From Spongiibacteraceae bacterium (lineage in GTDB: Bacteria; Pseudomonadota; Gammaproteobacteria; Pseudomonadales; CAMLJR01), in NCBI GenBank assembly GCA_047602265.1, contig JASGHU010000001.1, positions 254,252-318,251 of the forward strand: DNA of 64,000 bases. Direction: 5' to 3'. The notes under the pieces are model-generated. The model ran no database searches, was not told the DNA's origin, and was given only the letters and a program-made list of their open reading frames with translations. Below are positions 37,893-47,464 of the stretch, in pieces. A program made the position numbers and the translations under genes. Position 1 is the first letter of the stretch. Every line of letters starts with the position of its first letter.

Positions 37893-38690
37893 TTACAACG
37901 ACTGCACCAAATGCCCGCCATCGACCGGTAACGCCACGCCGTTGATGAACGAACCGGCGTCCGATGCGAGTAGCAATAATGGCCCGGTCAATTCGTGCAA
38001 TTCACCCCAACGCCCTGCCGGTGTACTGCGAATAAATTCGAGACCGCGCTCGGTATTGAAAAATGCCGCGTTCATTTCGGTATGAAAATAGCCGGGGCAG
38101 ATGGCATTGACGCGAATGCGATCGCCCGCCAATTCGAGCGCCATGGTTTTTGTCAGTTGAATTACGCCAGCCTTTGACGTGGCGTACAGCGATAAGCCGA
38201 GCGCGGGCTGCAAACCCAAAATCGAAGCGATATTGATAATGCTGCCGCCGCTATCGCGAGCACGCATGCGATCGATGCACTGTCGCGATACACGCCACAC
38301 CGATTTGAGATTGGTTTCCATGAACGCATCCCAATCGGCTTCGGTGGTTTTGACAAAACGATGCGAACTGCCGACACCGGCATTGTTGACGAGTATATCG
38401 ACACCGCTCGGCAATTTATCGATTTGCTCGAACGCGCGCGCAACGCTGTCGGCATCGGCGACGTCCATTGCGATTGCATACGCATTGCCGTCGGCATCGT
38501 TAATTTCGGCGACGAGTTTTTCGAGTCGATCGAGCCGTCGCGCGCAGGCAATGACGCGCGCGCCGGCTTGAGCAAACACCTTGCAGAAGTGCGCACCCAA
38601 TCCACTCGATGCGCCGGTAACCAGCGCTGTGCGTCCGCTTAAATCGAAGGAATGCAAAAGATGCTGTATGCTCATGACGGCACGCTCCAT
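37893..38690 (-). CDS. SDR-family oxidoreductase
   Basis: TGASSGLG, NNAG, YATSKAG (YxxxK) and a PG motif. An alternative start lies at 38675. Confidence 0.9.
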   Translation of the reverse strand: MERAVMSIQHLLHSFDLSGRTALVTGASSGLGAHFCKVFAQAGARVIACARRLDRLEKLVAEINDADGNAYAIAMDVADADSVARAFEQIDKLPSGVDILVNNAGVGSSHRFVKTTEADWDAFMETNLKSVWRVSRQCIDRMRARDSGGSIINIASILGLQPALGLSLYATSKAGVIQLTKTMALELAGDRIRVNAICPGYFHTEMNAAFFNTERGLEFIRSTPAGRWGELHELTGPLLLLASDAGSFINGVALPVDGGHLVQSL

Positions 38691-38820
38691 AGTTTTCGCC
38701 GCGCGGCGATCGTAACAGGCGAGGACATTATGGCGGGCTAGAAACAGGTATACAAATACGCCGCTGCCGAGGCTGGCAGTGCGTACAGCAGCGATTGCAA
38801 ATTAGAGGAAAACTCCCGCC

Positions 38821-39261
38821 ATGCTTGCCGAATCCACCGTAACCTCCATTTCGCATTTAATTCAGCTATCGGTTGCGCCGGTATTTTTATTGACGGGTGT
38901 CGGTGCAATTTTGGGCGTGCTGGCCGGGCGAGTTGGACGCATCGTCGATCGCGCGCGGAAGCTGGAAGAGGATTTACCGAGCACGCCAACTCCCAAGCAC
39001 GCGGATATTCATATCGAATTGCGCCGGCTATCGCGGCGTGCGCGTCTCACCTACTGGGCAATTGCATTGTGCACGGTGTGTGCGCTGCTCGTATGCACAT
39101 TGATTTGTCTGATATTTATCGGTGACTTTTTAACGACCAGTATGGCGCAGATCGTCGCGCTGCTTTTTATCTCCGCCATGCTATCGCTGGTCTGCGGGCT
39201 GCTCTGCTTTTTGCGCGAAGTCTATTTAGCCATTCGTTATTTGCGCCTTGAATTACAGTGA
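38821..39261 (+). CDS. DUF2721-like membrane protein
   Basis: 146 aa with three TM helices and a central charged loop ([10 protein letters not shown]...RRLSRRARL). Confidence 0.55.
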   Translation: MLAESTVTSISHLIQLSVAPVFLLTGVGAILGVLAGRVGRIVDRARKLEEDLPSTPTPKHADIHIELRRLSRRARLTYWAIALCTVCALLVCTLICLIFIGDFLTTSMAQIVALLFISAMLSLVCGLLCFLREVYLAIRYLRLELQ

Positions 39262-40401
39262 GGCCGTATTCGGTTGCGCAGCACTCCATGTATCTCCAGT
39301 GGGAACCTGCGCGATGGCATTTTTGTTCGACGGCTCGCCACCTTCGAGCGGATAAATGCGCGGATTGACGAGACGAATATAAACCTCATCGCCCGTCTGT
39401 ACCTGCAATGCCTGAAATTCACGGCGAGAAATTTCTACCTCGATCGATTCTTCGCGATCGTGATCGAGCACATCCAATTCCAATTTAAATACCGAACCGG
39501 CATTGTGCACATGACGAATGCGCGCTGCCGGCAAATGCGGTTCCGCATCGCGCGTTAAATGCACATCGTGCGGACGCACATATGCCGCGACTTGTTCGCG
39601 CGGCTCGGCACCAGCAGGTGCTTCAACGCGCCAACCATCGATATCGAGATAACCGTGATCGAGGCGACCGTGAAAAATATTCACATCGCCGAGGAAGCGT
39701 GACACGAACGGACTGCGCGGGTGCTCGTACACTTCTTCAGGTGTGCCGACCTGCTCGACCACGCCTTTATTCATCACCACGATGCGGCTCGATACTTCCA
39801 TCGCCTCTTCCTGATCGTGCGTCACGAAAATACTGGTAACGTGCAATTCATCGTGCAGGCGACGCAACCAACGGCGTAATTCCTTACGCACATTCGCATC
39901 GAGCGCGCCGAACGGCTCGTCGAGCAGCAACACTTTCGGCTCGACCGCCAGTGCACGAGCGAGCGCGATCCGTTGGCGCTGACCGCCCGATAATTGATCG
40001 GGAAAACGATCGGCCAACCAATCGAGTTGAACAAGCTTCAACAAATCGAAAACCTTCTTTTTGATCTGCGCTTCGCTCGGGCGTTCGGGGCGTTTCTTCA
40101 CACGCAGACCAAACGCGATATTGTCGAACACGGTCATGTGGCGAAACAGCGCGTAATGCTGAAACACAAAACCGATCTCGCGCTCGCGCACATGCGCGCT
40201 GGTCTGATCGACACCATTGAGCAGCACGCGACCCGAATCGGGCTGCTCAAGCCCTGCGATCACGCGCAGCAGCGAAGTCTTTCCGCAACCGGATGGGCCG
40301 AGCAGTGCGATGAGTTCGCCTTCGGGGATTTCCAGCGTGACATTATTCAGCGCGACAAAGTCACCGAATTTCTTGTTGATGTTTTCTACTTTGATACTCA
40401 T
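39253..40401 (-). CDS. cysA: sulfate/thiosulfate ABC transporter ATP-binding protein CysA
   Basis: [17 protein letters not shown] and [11 protein letters not shown], followed by a C-terminal TOBE-like domain. It is the last gene of the sbp-cysTW cluster. Confidence 0.9.
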   Translation of the reverse strand: MSIKVENINKKFGDFVALNNVTLEIPEGELIALLGPSGCGKTSLLRVIAGLEQPDSGRVLLNGVDQTSAHVREREIGFVFQHYALFRHMTVFDNIAFGLRVKKRPERPSEAQIKKKVFDLLKLVQLDWLADRFPDQLSGGQRQRIALARALAVEPKVLLLDEPFGALDANVRKELRRWLRRLHDELHVTSIFVTHDQEEAMEVSSRIVVMNKGVVEQVGTPEEVYEHPRSPFVSRFLGDVNIFHGRLDHGYLDIDGWRVEAPAGAEPREQVAAYVRPHDVHLTRDAEPHLPAARIRHVHNAGSVFKLELDVLDHDREESIEVEISRREFQALQVQTGDEVYIRLVNPRIYPLEGGEPSNKNAIAQVPTGDTWSAAQPNTASL

Positions 40402-40431
40402 ATCGGAAAATCCAATGAAATCGAATTTGAA

Positions 40432-40494
40432 TTACTCGTTTGCACTGTCGATTTACTCATTTGCACGCTCAGCTTACTGGTTCGCACTCACCGC
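40432..40494 (-). repeat. 21-nt tandem triplication of the cysW terminal codons plus stop
   Basis: Read on the minus strand, the units are AVSANQ* (the real cysW end), AERANE* and IDSANE*. All are in phase and all end in TAA. Confidence 0.85.
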
Positions 40495-41382
40495 TTTTGC
40501 TGCCTTTCGATCCTGCTCTTGCTTCCATTCGAAAATGCTTTTGAAGATCAATGTCGCCACCGCCAACAACGCCAGCAGCGAAGCGACCGCGAACGAGGCC
40601 GCGAAGTTGTATTCGTTGTAGAGAATTTCCACGTGCAACGGCAGCGTATTGGTGAGCCCGCGAATATGACCGGATACCACCGACACCGCGCCGAACTCAC
40701 CCATCGCACGCGCATTACAAAGAATCACGCCGTACAACAATGCCCACTTGATATTCGGCAGCGTCACTTTGAAAAACATTTGCCAACCGCTGGCGCCGAG
40801 CGAAAGCGCGGCCTCTTCTTCATCGCGCCCCTGCTCCTGCATCAGTGGAATCAATTCGCGCGCAACGAAAGGAAATGTCACAAAAATTGTCGCCAGCACC
40901 AATCCGGGGACGGCGAATAAAATTTTAATATCGTGCTCGCTGAGCCACGGCCCCAGCCAACCCTGACTGCCAAACACCAACACGTAAATCAAACCGGCGA
41001 TAACAGGCGAAACCGAAAACGGCAGATCGATCAATGTCAGCAAGACATTCTTGCCGATGAAATCGAAGCGCGCGATGACCCACGCAGCTGCAACACCGAA
41101 TACCGTATTGAGTGGAACTGCAATCGCGGCAACGATCAGCGTCAATTTAATCGCCGCTAAGGTGTTGGGCTCGGTCAGCGCAGCGAAATAGACATCGACA
41201 CCTTTGCGCAAGCCTTCGACGATCACCGTCAGCAGCGGCAATATCAAAAATAGTGCGATCACGACCAGGGCCGAGCCGGTCAGTAACCAGCGTACCCAAT
41301 CGATGCTCTGCCGCGGTTTTACGTAAGTCGCTTCGACAATATGACTCATGTTCACAGCGCTCCCGCGCGACGACGCGTCCAC
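40474..41382 (-). CDS. cysW: sulfate ABC transporter permease CysW
   Basis: BPD-transporter EAA loop ([24 protein letters not shown]). Gene order is as in sbp-cysTWA. Confidence 0.9.
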   Translation of the reverse strand: MDASSRGSAVNMSHIVEATYVKPRQSIDWVRWLLTGSALVVIALFLILPLLTVIVEGLRKGVDVYFAALTEPNTLAAIKLTLIVAAIAVPLNTVFGVAAAWVIARFDFIGKNVLLTLIDLPFSVSPVIAGLIYVLVFGSQGWLGPWLSEHDIKILFAVPGLVLATIFVTFPFVARELIPLMQEQGRDEEEAALSLGASGWQMFFKVTLPNIKWALLYGVILCNARAMGEFGAVSVVSGHIRGLTNTLPLHVEILYNEYNFAASFAVASLLALLAVATLIFKSIFEWKQEQDRKAAKAVSANQ

Positions 41383-42182
41383 GCTTGCAACACATTGATC
41401 GCGAGCAGCAGGATGAAAGAAATGATCAACATGCCCATGCCGATCACCGTGGCACCGACATAATCGTATTGTTCGAGTTTGGTCATGATGAGCAGCGGCA
41501 CCACTTCCGAAACGAGCGGACGGTTACCTGCAATAAAAATCACCGAGCCGTATTCACCGATGCCGCGCGCAAATGCGAGCGCAAATCCCGTAAGCAGTGC
41601 GGGCAAAATATTCGGGAAAATAATTTTCTGAAAAACCTGCCAGCGCGATGCACCGAGACTCGACGCTGCTTCTTCTTCGGCGGCGTCAAGATCTTCAAGC
41701 ACGGGCTGCACCGTGCGCACCACAAAGGGCAACCCGATAAATATCAGCGCGACGGTAATTCCAGTCGGCGTAAACGCCACCTGATAGCCGAGCGGTTCGA
41801 GATATTGGCCGATCCAACCGTTCTTCGCGTAGATCGCGGTCAACACGATACCGGCCACCGCAGTCGGCAACGCAAACGGCAAATCGATCAACGCATCAAA
41901 CAAGCGCTTGAATGGCAATGGATAACGCACGAGCACCCACGCCAGCAGCAGCCCCAATGCAACATTGGTCGAGGCCGCCAGCAACGACGTGGTTAAGCTC
42001 ACGCGAAATGAAGCGAGCACGCGCGGACTGGTCAGCAACGTCCACCACTGCGCGGGACCGTAACCCAGCGATTTCAACAGCAATGCGCCCAGCGGAATCA
42101 ATACCAACAAGCTGAGATACAGCACCGTGAAACCGAGTGCGGGCCGAAAGCCCGGCAGTAGTGAATGTTTGACCAGTGGCAT
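41352..42182 (-). CDS. cysT: sulfate ABC transporter permease CysT (CysU)
   Basis: EAA loop [24 protein letters not shown]. It overlaps the cysW start. Confidence 0.9.
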   Translation of the reverse strand: MPLVKHSLLPGFRPALGFTVLYLSLLVLIPLGALLLKSLGYGPAQWWTLLTSPRVLASFRVSLTTSLLAASTNVALGLLLAWVLVRYPLPFKRLFDALIDLPFALPTAVAGIVLTAIYAKNGWIGQYLEPLGYQVAFTPTGITVALIFIGLPFVVRTVQPVLEDLDAAEEEAASSLGASRWQVFQKIIFPNILPALLTGFALAFARGIGEYGSVIFIAGNRPLVSEVVPLLIMTKLEQYDYVGATVIGMGMLIISFILLLAINVLQAWTRRRAGAL

Positions 42183-42204
42183 TTATTAACTCGCTTCTGC
42201 TTTT

Positions 42205-42280
42205 TCACTTCAAATAGACAGCTTTACTTCAAATAGATAACGTCACTTCAACCAAGCAGGGTTACTTCAAATAAATCTGA
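42205..42280 (-). repeat. 19-nt tandem array (4 units) made of the sbp terminal codons plus stop
   Basis: Plus-strand units are TCACTTCAAATAGACAGCT, TTACTTCAAATAGATAACG, TCACTTCAACCAAGCAGGG and TTACTTCAAATAAATCTGA. The last unit contains the real sbp stop. Confidence 0.8.
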
Positions 42281-43257
42281 TCGAAGATGGCGCCGTCGAC
42301 GAAGAATTTCTGCGATACCGCTTTCCAGCCACCGATGCTATCGATCGTGAACAGCTCCAGCTTCGGAAATTGACTCGCGTATTTCGCTGCCGCTTTGGCA
42401 TCGCTCGGGCGGTAATAATTTTTACCGGCGATGTCCTGCCCTTCATCCGAATACAGATATTCGAGATAGGCTTTGGCCACGTCTGTCGTTTTATGCTTCT
42501 TCGCATTTTTCTCGACCACCGCAACCGATGGCTCCGCCAATACCGATAACGGCGGCGCGATAATGTCGAATTTATCGGGACCGAGTTCGCGAACGGCGAG
42601 GAAGGCTTCGTTTTCCCACGAGATCAGCACATCGCCAACACCGCGTTCGACAAACGTGGTAGTCGAGCCGCGTGCGCCCGAATCGAGTACCGGTACGTTC
42701 TGATACAACTTGGCAATAAATTCTTTGGCTTTATCTTCGCTGCCGAATTTACGCTTCGCGTATTCCCACGCTGCGATGAAATTCCAGCGTGCACCACCGG
42801 AGGTTTTCGGATTTGGTGTAATCACCGATACGCCTTTGCGCGTCAGATCGTCCCAATCCTTGATATTTTTCGGATTGCCTTTGCGCACCAAAAATACGAT
42901 GGTCGATGTATACGGCGAGCTATTTTTCGGTAATGCTTTTTGCCAATCGGTCGACAGCAGCTTGCCTTTCTCAGCGATCGCATCGATATCATCGGCGAGT
43001 GCAAGTGTTACTACATCGGCTTCAAGACCATCGATCACCGAACGCGCCTGTTTGCCAGAGCCACCGTGCGATTGTTTTACGGTGACGTTATCGCTGGTTT
43101 TTCCTTTCCAATATTTTGCGAATGCGGCGTTGTATTGCTCGTACAATTCGCGTGTCGGGTCGTAGGACACATTGAGCAAGGTCACATCGGCTGCGTGCAA
43201 TGCACCGCTCGCGCCGATAATCAGCGCGGCCAGTGCTGCGCGTATTTTGGTTTTCAT
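42262..43257 (-). CDS. sbp: periplasmic sulfate-binding protein
   Basis: Signal peptide followed by [13 protein letters not shown]...[10 protein letters not shown]...[10 protein letters not shown], which is typical of Sbp/CysP. Confidence 0.9.
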   Translation of the reverse strand: MKTKIRAALAALIIGASGALHAADVTLLNVSYDPTRELYEQYNAAFAKYWKGKTSDNVTVKQSHGGSGKQARSVIDGLEADVVTLALADDIDAIAEKGKLLSTDWQKALPKNSSPYTSTIVFLVRKGNPKNIKDWDDLTRKGVSVITPNPKTSGGARWNFIAAWEYAKRKFGSEDKAKEFIAKLYQNVPVLDSGARGSTTTFVERGVGDVLISWENEAFLAVRELGPDKFDIIAPPLSVLAEPSVAVVEKNAKKHKTTDVAKAYLEYLYSDEGQDIAGKNYYRPSDAKAAAKYASQFPKLELFTIDSIGGWKAVSQKFFVDGAIFDQIYLK

Positions 43258-43298
43258 TGCATTTGCTCCACTAAGTTTTTACAAAATTCAGGCAATTT

Positions 43299-44645
43299 TT
43301 AGAAACTGTGATCAAGACCGAGCGCGAGGGTTTTGTCCTTCGCTTTGGCTTCATCGATATCGAGCGTCGAGTAATAGGTGTAAACCTTGGTCTTTGGCGT
43401 GAAGTTGTAATCGGCACCGAGCGCCGCCAACGTGCCGGTCTCATCGGCGTAATCACCGTCAGCAATACCGTATTGCGCTTTCAATTTGATTTTTTCGAGT
43501 ACGGTGACTGCGCCCGATAGCAGATACGCTTTATCTTCGCGCTGACCGACACCGTTCGCTGCTTCGTGGCGCTGATCCTTCGATTTTTGCAACAACACAC
43601 CGCCTTCCCAGATGCCGGATTTAATACCGCCGACTAAGCGCCACGCATCGGTGTACGCTTTCGCATAACCCGTGGGCGCAGTGGTCAGTGCTACCGGAAC
43701 CGTTTGATCGACGCTGCGGCGCGCCAAGCCATTTTTGTCGTACGCGAGTGCGCCATAAAAAATATCCTGCTCGTAGACAACCGAAGCAGAAATGCCATCG
43801 CCAATGCCGTGATCGACGTGGCCGTCGTAATCGATATCACCGGAAGTGCCTTCCGCCTGAATCAAACCGACATTGACGGTGAGTGCGTCGAATAATTTCG
43901 GCGAGCTTAAAATGACAATATTGGAAGCGCGATTTTGACCGCCGATTAAATTATCGATATCGGCGCGCAGATCATTGAACTGATCGAATTTGCCTTCCGC
44001 AGATTTAAACGGTGTATCGATCTTGCCGGCGATGACCTGCCCCCACGTTGCGCTCTTCAAACCCGCGAAGGTATTGCGCTGCGAAAATGCTGTGCTGCCA
44101 TCGGCACCGTCGTCGGTGTTCAATTCGTATTCGGCTTGATAAACCGCTTTCAAATCGCCCGCGCCGAGATCGGCTTCACCGCGCACCCCCAAACGCGATG
44201 CGAACGACTCTAGGCCGCGACGATGATTACGCAATCCCCGTGCATTTCCGGCGACGATATTTTCCGCGCCTTCGAGATCGCGATCTTCGAGAGCAACATT
44301 AATTTTTCCGTACAGCGTCAACACCTTCGCTTTTTTATCGAGATCGGATTGCGTTTTCGCTGCTGCGGTTTTAACGGCCTTGGTTTCCTCTTCGGCGAGC
44401 TCCAATTTACGACCCAGCACGCGGATACGCTGATCGGTGCCCTGATCAACTACTGGCGTTGCTGCTGCATTTTTTTCTGCAACTTTCCTTTCGGATAACT
44501 GCTGCTCCAACTCCTGCACACGCTTGCTCAATGCTTCGAGCTGCTTGGCAACATCGGCGTTAGTCGTTGGCGCGGCAATCGATAGCGGAGTAAATGCGCC
44601 AAGCGCGACACTCAGCGCAGTGGCTTTAAATAATGCTTGTCTCAT
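43299..44645 (-). CDS. outer-membrane porin with N-terminal coiled coil (possibly anion-selective)
   Basis: Signal peptide, then a coiled coil (QLEALSKRVQELEQQLSE). A beta-barrel follows with alternating strands, ending ...LGLDHSF with a C-terminal Phe. Confidence 0.7.
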   Translation of the reverse strand: MRQALFKATALSVALGAFTPLSIAAPTTNADVAKQLEALSKRVQELEQQLSERKVAEKNAAATPVVDQGTDQRIRVLGRKLELAEEETKAVKTAAAKTQSDLDKKAKVLTLYGKINVALEDRDLEGAENIVAGNARGLRNHRRGLESFASRLGVRGEADLGAGDLKAVYQAEYELNTDDGADGSTAFSQRNTFAGLKSATWGQVIAGKIDTPFKSAEGKFDQFNDLRADIDNLIGGQNRASNIVILSSPKLFDALTVNVGLIQAEGTSGDIDYDGHVDHGIGDGISASVVYEQDIFYGALAYDKNGLARRSVDQTVPVALTTAPTGYAKAYTDAWRLVGGIKSGIWEGGVLLQKSKDQRHEAANGVGQREDKAYLLSGAVTVLEKIKLKAQYGIADGDYADETGTLAALGADYNFTPKTKVYTYYSTLDIDEAKAKDKTLALGLDHSF

Positions 44646-44756
44646 GTTGTTCCCCTGATGGCATGCGGACGGACCTCCGGTATTCCGGTCGATCTCAAGA
44701 TTTTTGTAAGGATGATTCGCATCGGTAGTCCGGTAGCGTGAACGGGAAGAAAGTGA

Positions 44757-44951
44757 TTAGCTGAGTCTTATTTTTCGTTTGCTTTCGATTTGAGTGACTC
44801 GACCGTCGTGAACGGTGATCTCAATCGAACCAAAACGAAGATTGGCGAGTGCACGCGAAATCTCCTCCAGCACTCGGCGGTCGACCGTAGTGCCTTCGGT
44901 ATGCGTAGGAAATTTTTCGTTGCCGTATTCGGACATCGCCACGTAACTCAC
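44757..44951 (-). CDS. YezD/DUF2292-family small protein
   Basis: LANLRFGSIEITVHDGRVTQIE matches the family core. It lies at the head of the sulfate cluster. An alternative start is at 44936. Confidence 0.65.
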   Translation of the reverse strand: MSYVAMSEYGNEKFPTHTEGTTVDRRVLEEISRALANLRFGSIEITVHDGRVTQIESKRKIRLS

Positions 44952-45096
44952 TCAGATTTATCGGACGAGGCAACGATAGATAAATTATTTCGCGTGCAAA
45001 AATACTATTTTTTACTTAGCTTATTACCGATGAAAAATTATTTTAGATTCAGAAAGAAATCGATGACCTTAAAAATCGATAAATAAAAATAGGACA

Positions 45097-45121
45097 ATAA
45101 AAAAGCCGCCAGCGGCGGCTT
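45097..45121 (-). terminator. rho-independent terminator (minus strand)
   Basis: The minus strand reads AAGCCGCC-gct-GGCGGCTT followed by TTTTTT. Confidence 0.75.
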
Positions 45122-45159
45122 AAAGACTTCGAGCATTAAACAATTAAAAAAATGACCAC

Positions 45160-45468
45160 TTAATACGCAAGAGCAGTTCGTGTAAATGAATCGCGAATCG
45201 AATTTTTTTCTATCGGTGGCTCTATACATGACGTGGATGGCGCAGCTTTTCCAATGCGCAACAAGCGCTGCAATAACTCCCAACCTTTAGGCCAATCGCC
45301 GTGACCGGATTCTGCATTGATATGGCCAGCATTGCCCGCGCAATAAATCGGCAATTCCCAGCGCTGCAGATCGATGCGCGCCGCATCAACGAGGCGTTGC
45401 TGCCACAACGTCTGCCAGTGATTTGGCCCACTGTTATGCAGACCCGGTGCGATGATCACGCCGCTCAT
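45160..45468 (-). pseudogene. internally deleted RBBP9/YdeN-type serine hydrolase remnant
   Basis: An N-terminal segment (IIAPGLHNSGPNHWQTLWQQ) is joined directly to a C-terminal segment (AGHINAESGHGDWPKGWELL). The nucleophile-elbow (HSxG) part of the ~190-aa family is absent. Confidence 0.5.
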
Positions 45469-45571
45469 AGCCTTACGCATCCATCTCGATTGATCGAGCG
45501 TGCAGCATAGGCAGGCGGTCACGCGCTGAAAAATATTATTTCTTTCTCAGCTTATAACTGTGCACGTCTTA

Positions 45572-47011
45572 TCAATCGATGGCGACACGCTCAATTTTTT
45601 TGTCGCTGCTGTCGTTACTATCATCGTCCTCTGACAATTGCCAAAAAATCCACGTCGACGCGATCGTAATCAATCCCATCCCGACGAATGTCGCATGAAA
45701 TGCCGACAGCACTTGGGTAATTGATGCGCCACCCACATCAACGTGCAGGCGAAAGTAATCCTCGAAATTGGCGAGCAACGCGCCTGCAGTTGCCACCGCA
45801 AGACCGAGTGACAGCATCATCACCATCGACAATAAACTATTGCCTGCACTGGCCAGAGGTCCCTGCAGATCTTTGAGCGTTACCGTATTCATCGCGGTGA
45901 ATTGCATCGAGTTGATGCAGCCGAAAATCGCGAGCTGCACGATGCGTAGCCATAGCGGCTGATTCACATTGATAAAGGCAAACGATGCGATCACGACACC
46001 GAGCAACACAGTATTTGCAATAAGAAAGCGCCGATAGCCGGTGCGTTTAATCAAGCGTGCAGCAACAGGTTTGGCCGACAGCGCGGCAATCGCCATCGGC
46101 AACATCATCAAGCCCGCTGCAAATGGACTGTAGCCGAGCCCGACTTGAAACAGGAGTGGATTTAAAAATGCCATCGCCCCACAACCGATGCGCGCGAATA
46201 AATTACCGAGCACACCGACGCGAAAAGTCGGGATGCGAAATAGCGCTGGCGAAAACAGCGGATGGGGTTTGCGCATTGCCTGCAAACAATACGCAGCGAT
46301 GCTGGCGAGACCAAACACGAGCAAGACATGAATCGTTGCGGTCTGCATACCGAGACCGGCGAGACCATCGAGTGCGAGCGATATCGTCACCATGCCGAAC
46401 GCGAGCAACACATAACCGGTACGATCGAACGGTTGCGGCGCTGGCTCGCGGCTATCCGGCATATAAAAGTGGGTGGCGAACAGACCGACCACGCCGATCG
46501 GAACATTGATCCAAAATATCCACGGCCATTCCGCGATCTGCACCAACAGACCGCCCAGCGTCGGCCCGAGTAACGGACCGATCAACGCCGGCATGGTGAC
46601 GTAACTCATCGCGCGCAGAAATTTTTCTTTGGGAAATGCGCGCAGCACGGCGAGCCTGCCGACCGGCATCAGCATCGCCCCACCCAAACCCTGTAGCACG
46701 CGCGCCGCCACCAACTGCGGCAGCGATTGCGAAAATGCGCAGCAGACGGAACCGGCGACGAACAATCCAATCGCTGTCATAAACAGACGCCGAGTGCCGA
46801 AGCGATCGGCCAGCCAACCGGTGGCGGGAATCAGCATCGCCATCGTCAGCGAATACGCAACGACCACCGCCTGCATGCGCAGCGGACGCTCGCCCATGCT
46901 GCGCGCCATTGCGGGCAATGCGGTGTTGACGATGGTGGTATCGAGTGTCTGCATGAAAAAGCCGACAGCCACCAGCCATAGCAGAGGATTTAACGAGCGC
47001 GATGAAGGCAC
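45572..47011 (-). CDS. MFS transporter, 14-TM DHA2 (EmrB/QacA) type
   Basis: 479 aa with the N-terminal motif MQTLDTTIVNTALP, GWLADRFGTRR, and 14 predicted helices. Confidence 0.85.
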   Translation of the reverse strand: MPSSRSLNPLLWLVAVGFFMQTLDTTIVNTALPAMARSMGERPLRMQAVVVAYSLTMAMLIPATGWLADRFGTRRLFMTAIGLFVAGSVCCAFSQSLPQLVAARVLQGLGGAMLMPVGRLAVLRAFPKEKFLRAMSYVTMPALIGPLLGPTLGGLLVQIAEWPWIFWINVPIGVVGLFATHFYMPDSREPAPQPFDRTGYVLLAFGMVTISLALDGLAGLGMQTATIHVLLVFGLASIAAYCLQAMRKPHPLFSPALFRIPTFRVGVLGNLFARIGCGAMAFLNPLLFQVGLGYSPFAAGLMMLPMAIAALSAKPVAARLIKRTGYRRFLIANTVLLGVVIASFAFINVNQPLWLRIVQLAIFGCINSMQFTAMNTVTLKDLQGPLASAGNSLLSMVMMLSLGLAVATAGALLANFEDYFRLHVDVGGASITQVLSAFHATFVGMGLITIASTWIFWQLSEDDDSNDSSDKKIERVAID

Positions 47012-47136
47012 AGGAAAATGTCTATTCCAAAATAAAGCGGATCAATAATAAAAAAGATGCAGGTTATCAACGCGAAATAATTACGCAAACGTAATAAATA
47101 CGCAAAAATCTGCAGCTTGCAGCTAAAAAAGCATTG

Positions 47137-47152
47137 ATACCCTGCAGGGTAT
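47137..47152. promoter_or_regulatory. perfect 16-bp palindrome (candidate operator)
   Basis: ATACCCTGCAGGGTAT equals its own reverse complement. It lies 126 nt upstream of the MFS start, in a 453-nt AT-rich divergent spacer. Confidence 0.4.
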
Positions 47153-47464
47153 ATAAAAGTGATCTATTAAAGCGATTGTCAATTGATTCGACACTTCGTA
47201 TCTTAGCGGCCATTACTCGTCTGTTTGCAGTAAGCGATAAGTTCTATAAAAGACGCTGACGCTGTAGCTTCTCAAGTTCACGGATTTTAATTCACATCGC
47301 TTTAACAACGCGCCGGTATCGGCTGCGTCATCGGATATTCTTCAAGGTGATACGCAGCAGCAATAAAACGGCAAAGTTTTGCGTATTTAATTAAAGCTGG
47401 GCGAACGCATCGGCGCTTAGGCAGCTGATCTCATACACTAATAACAACGAGCAGGAGAGAAACC

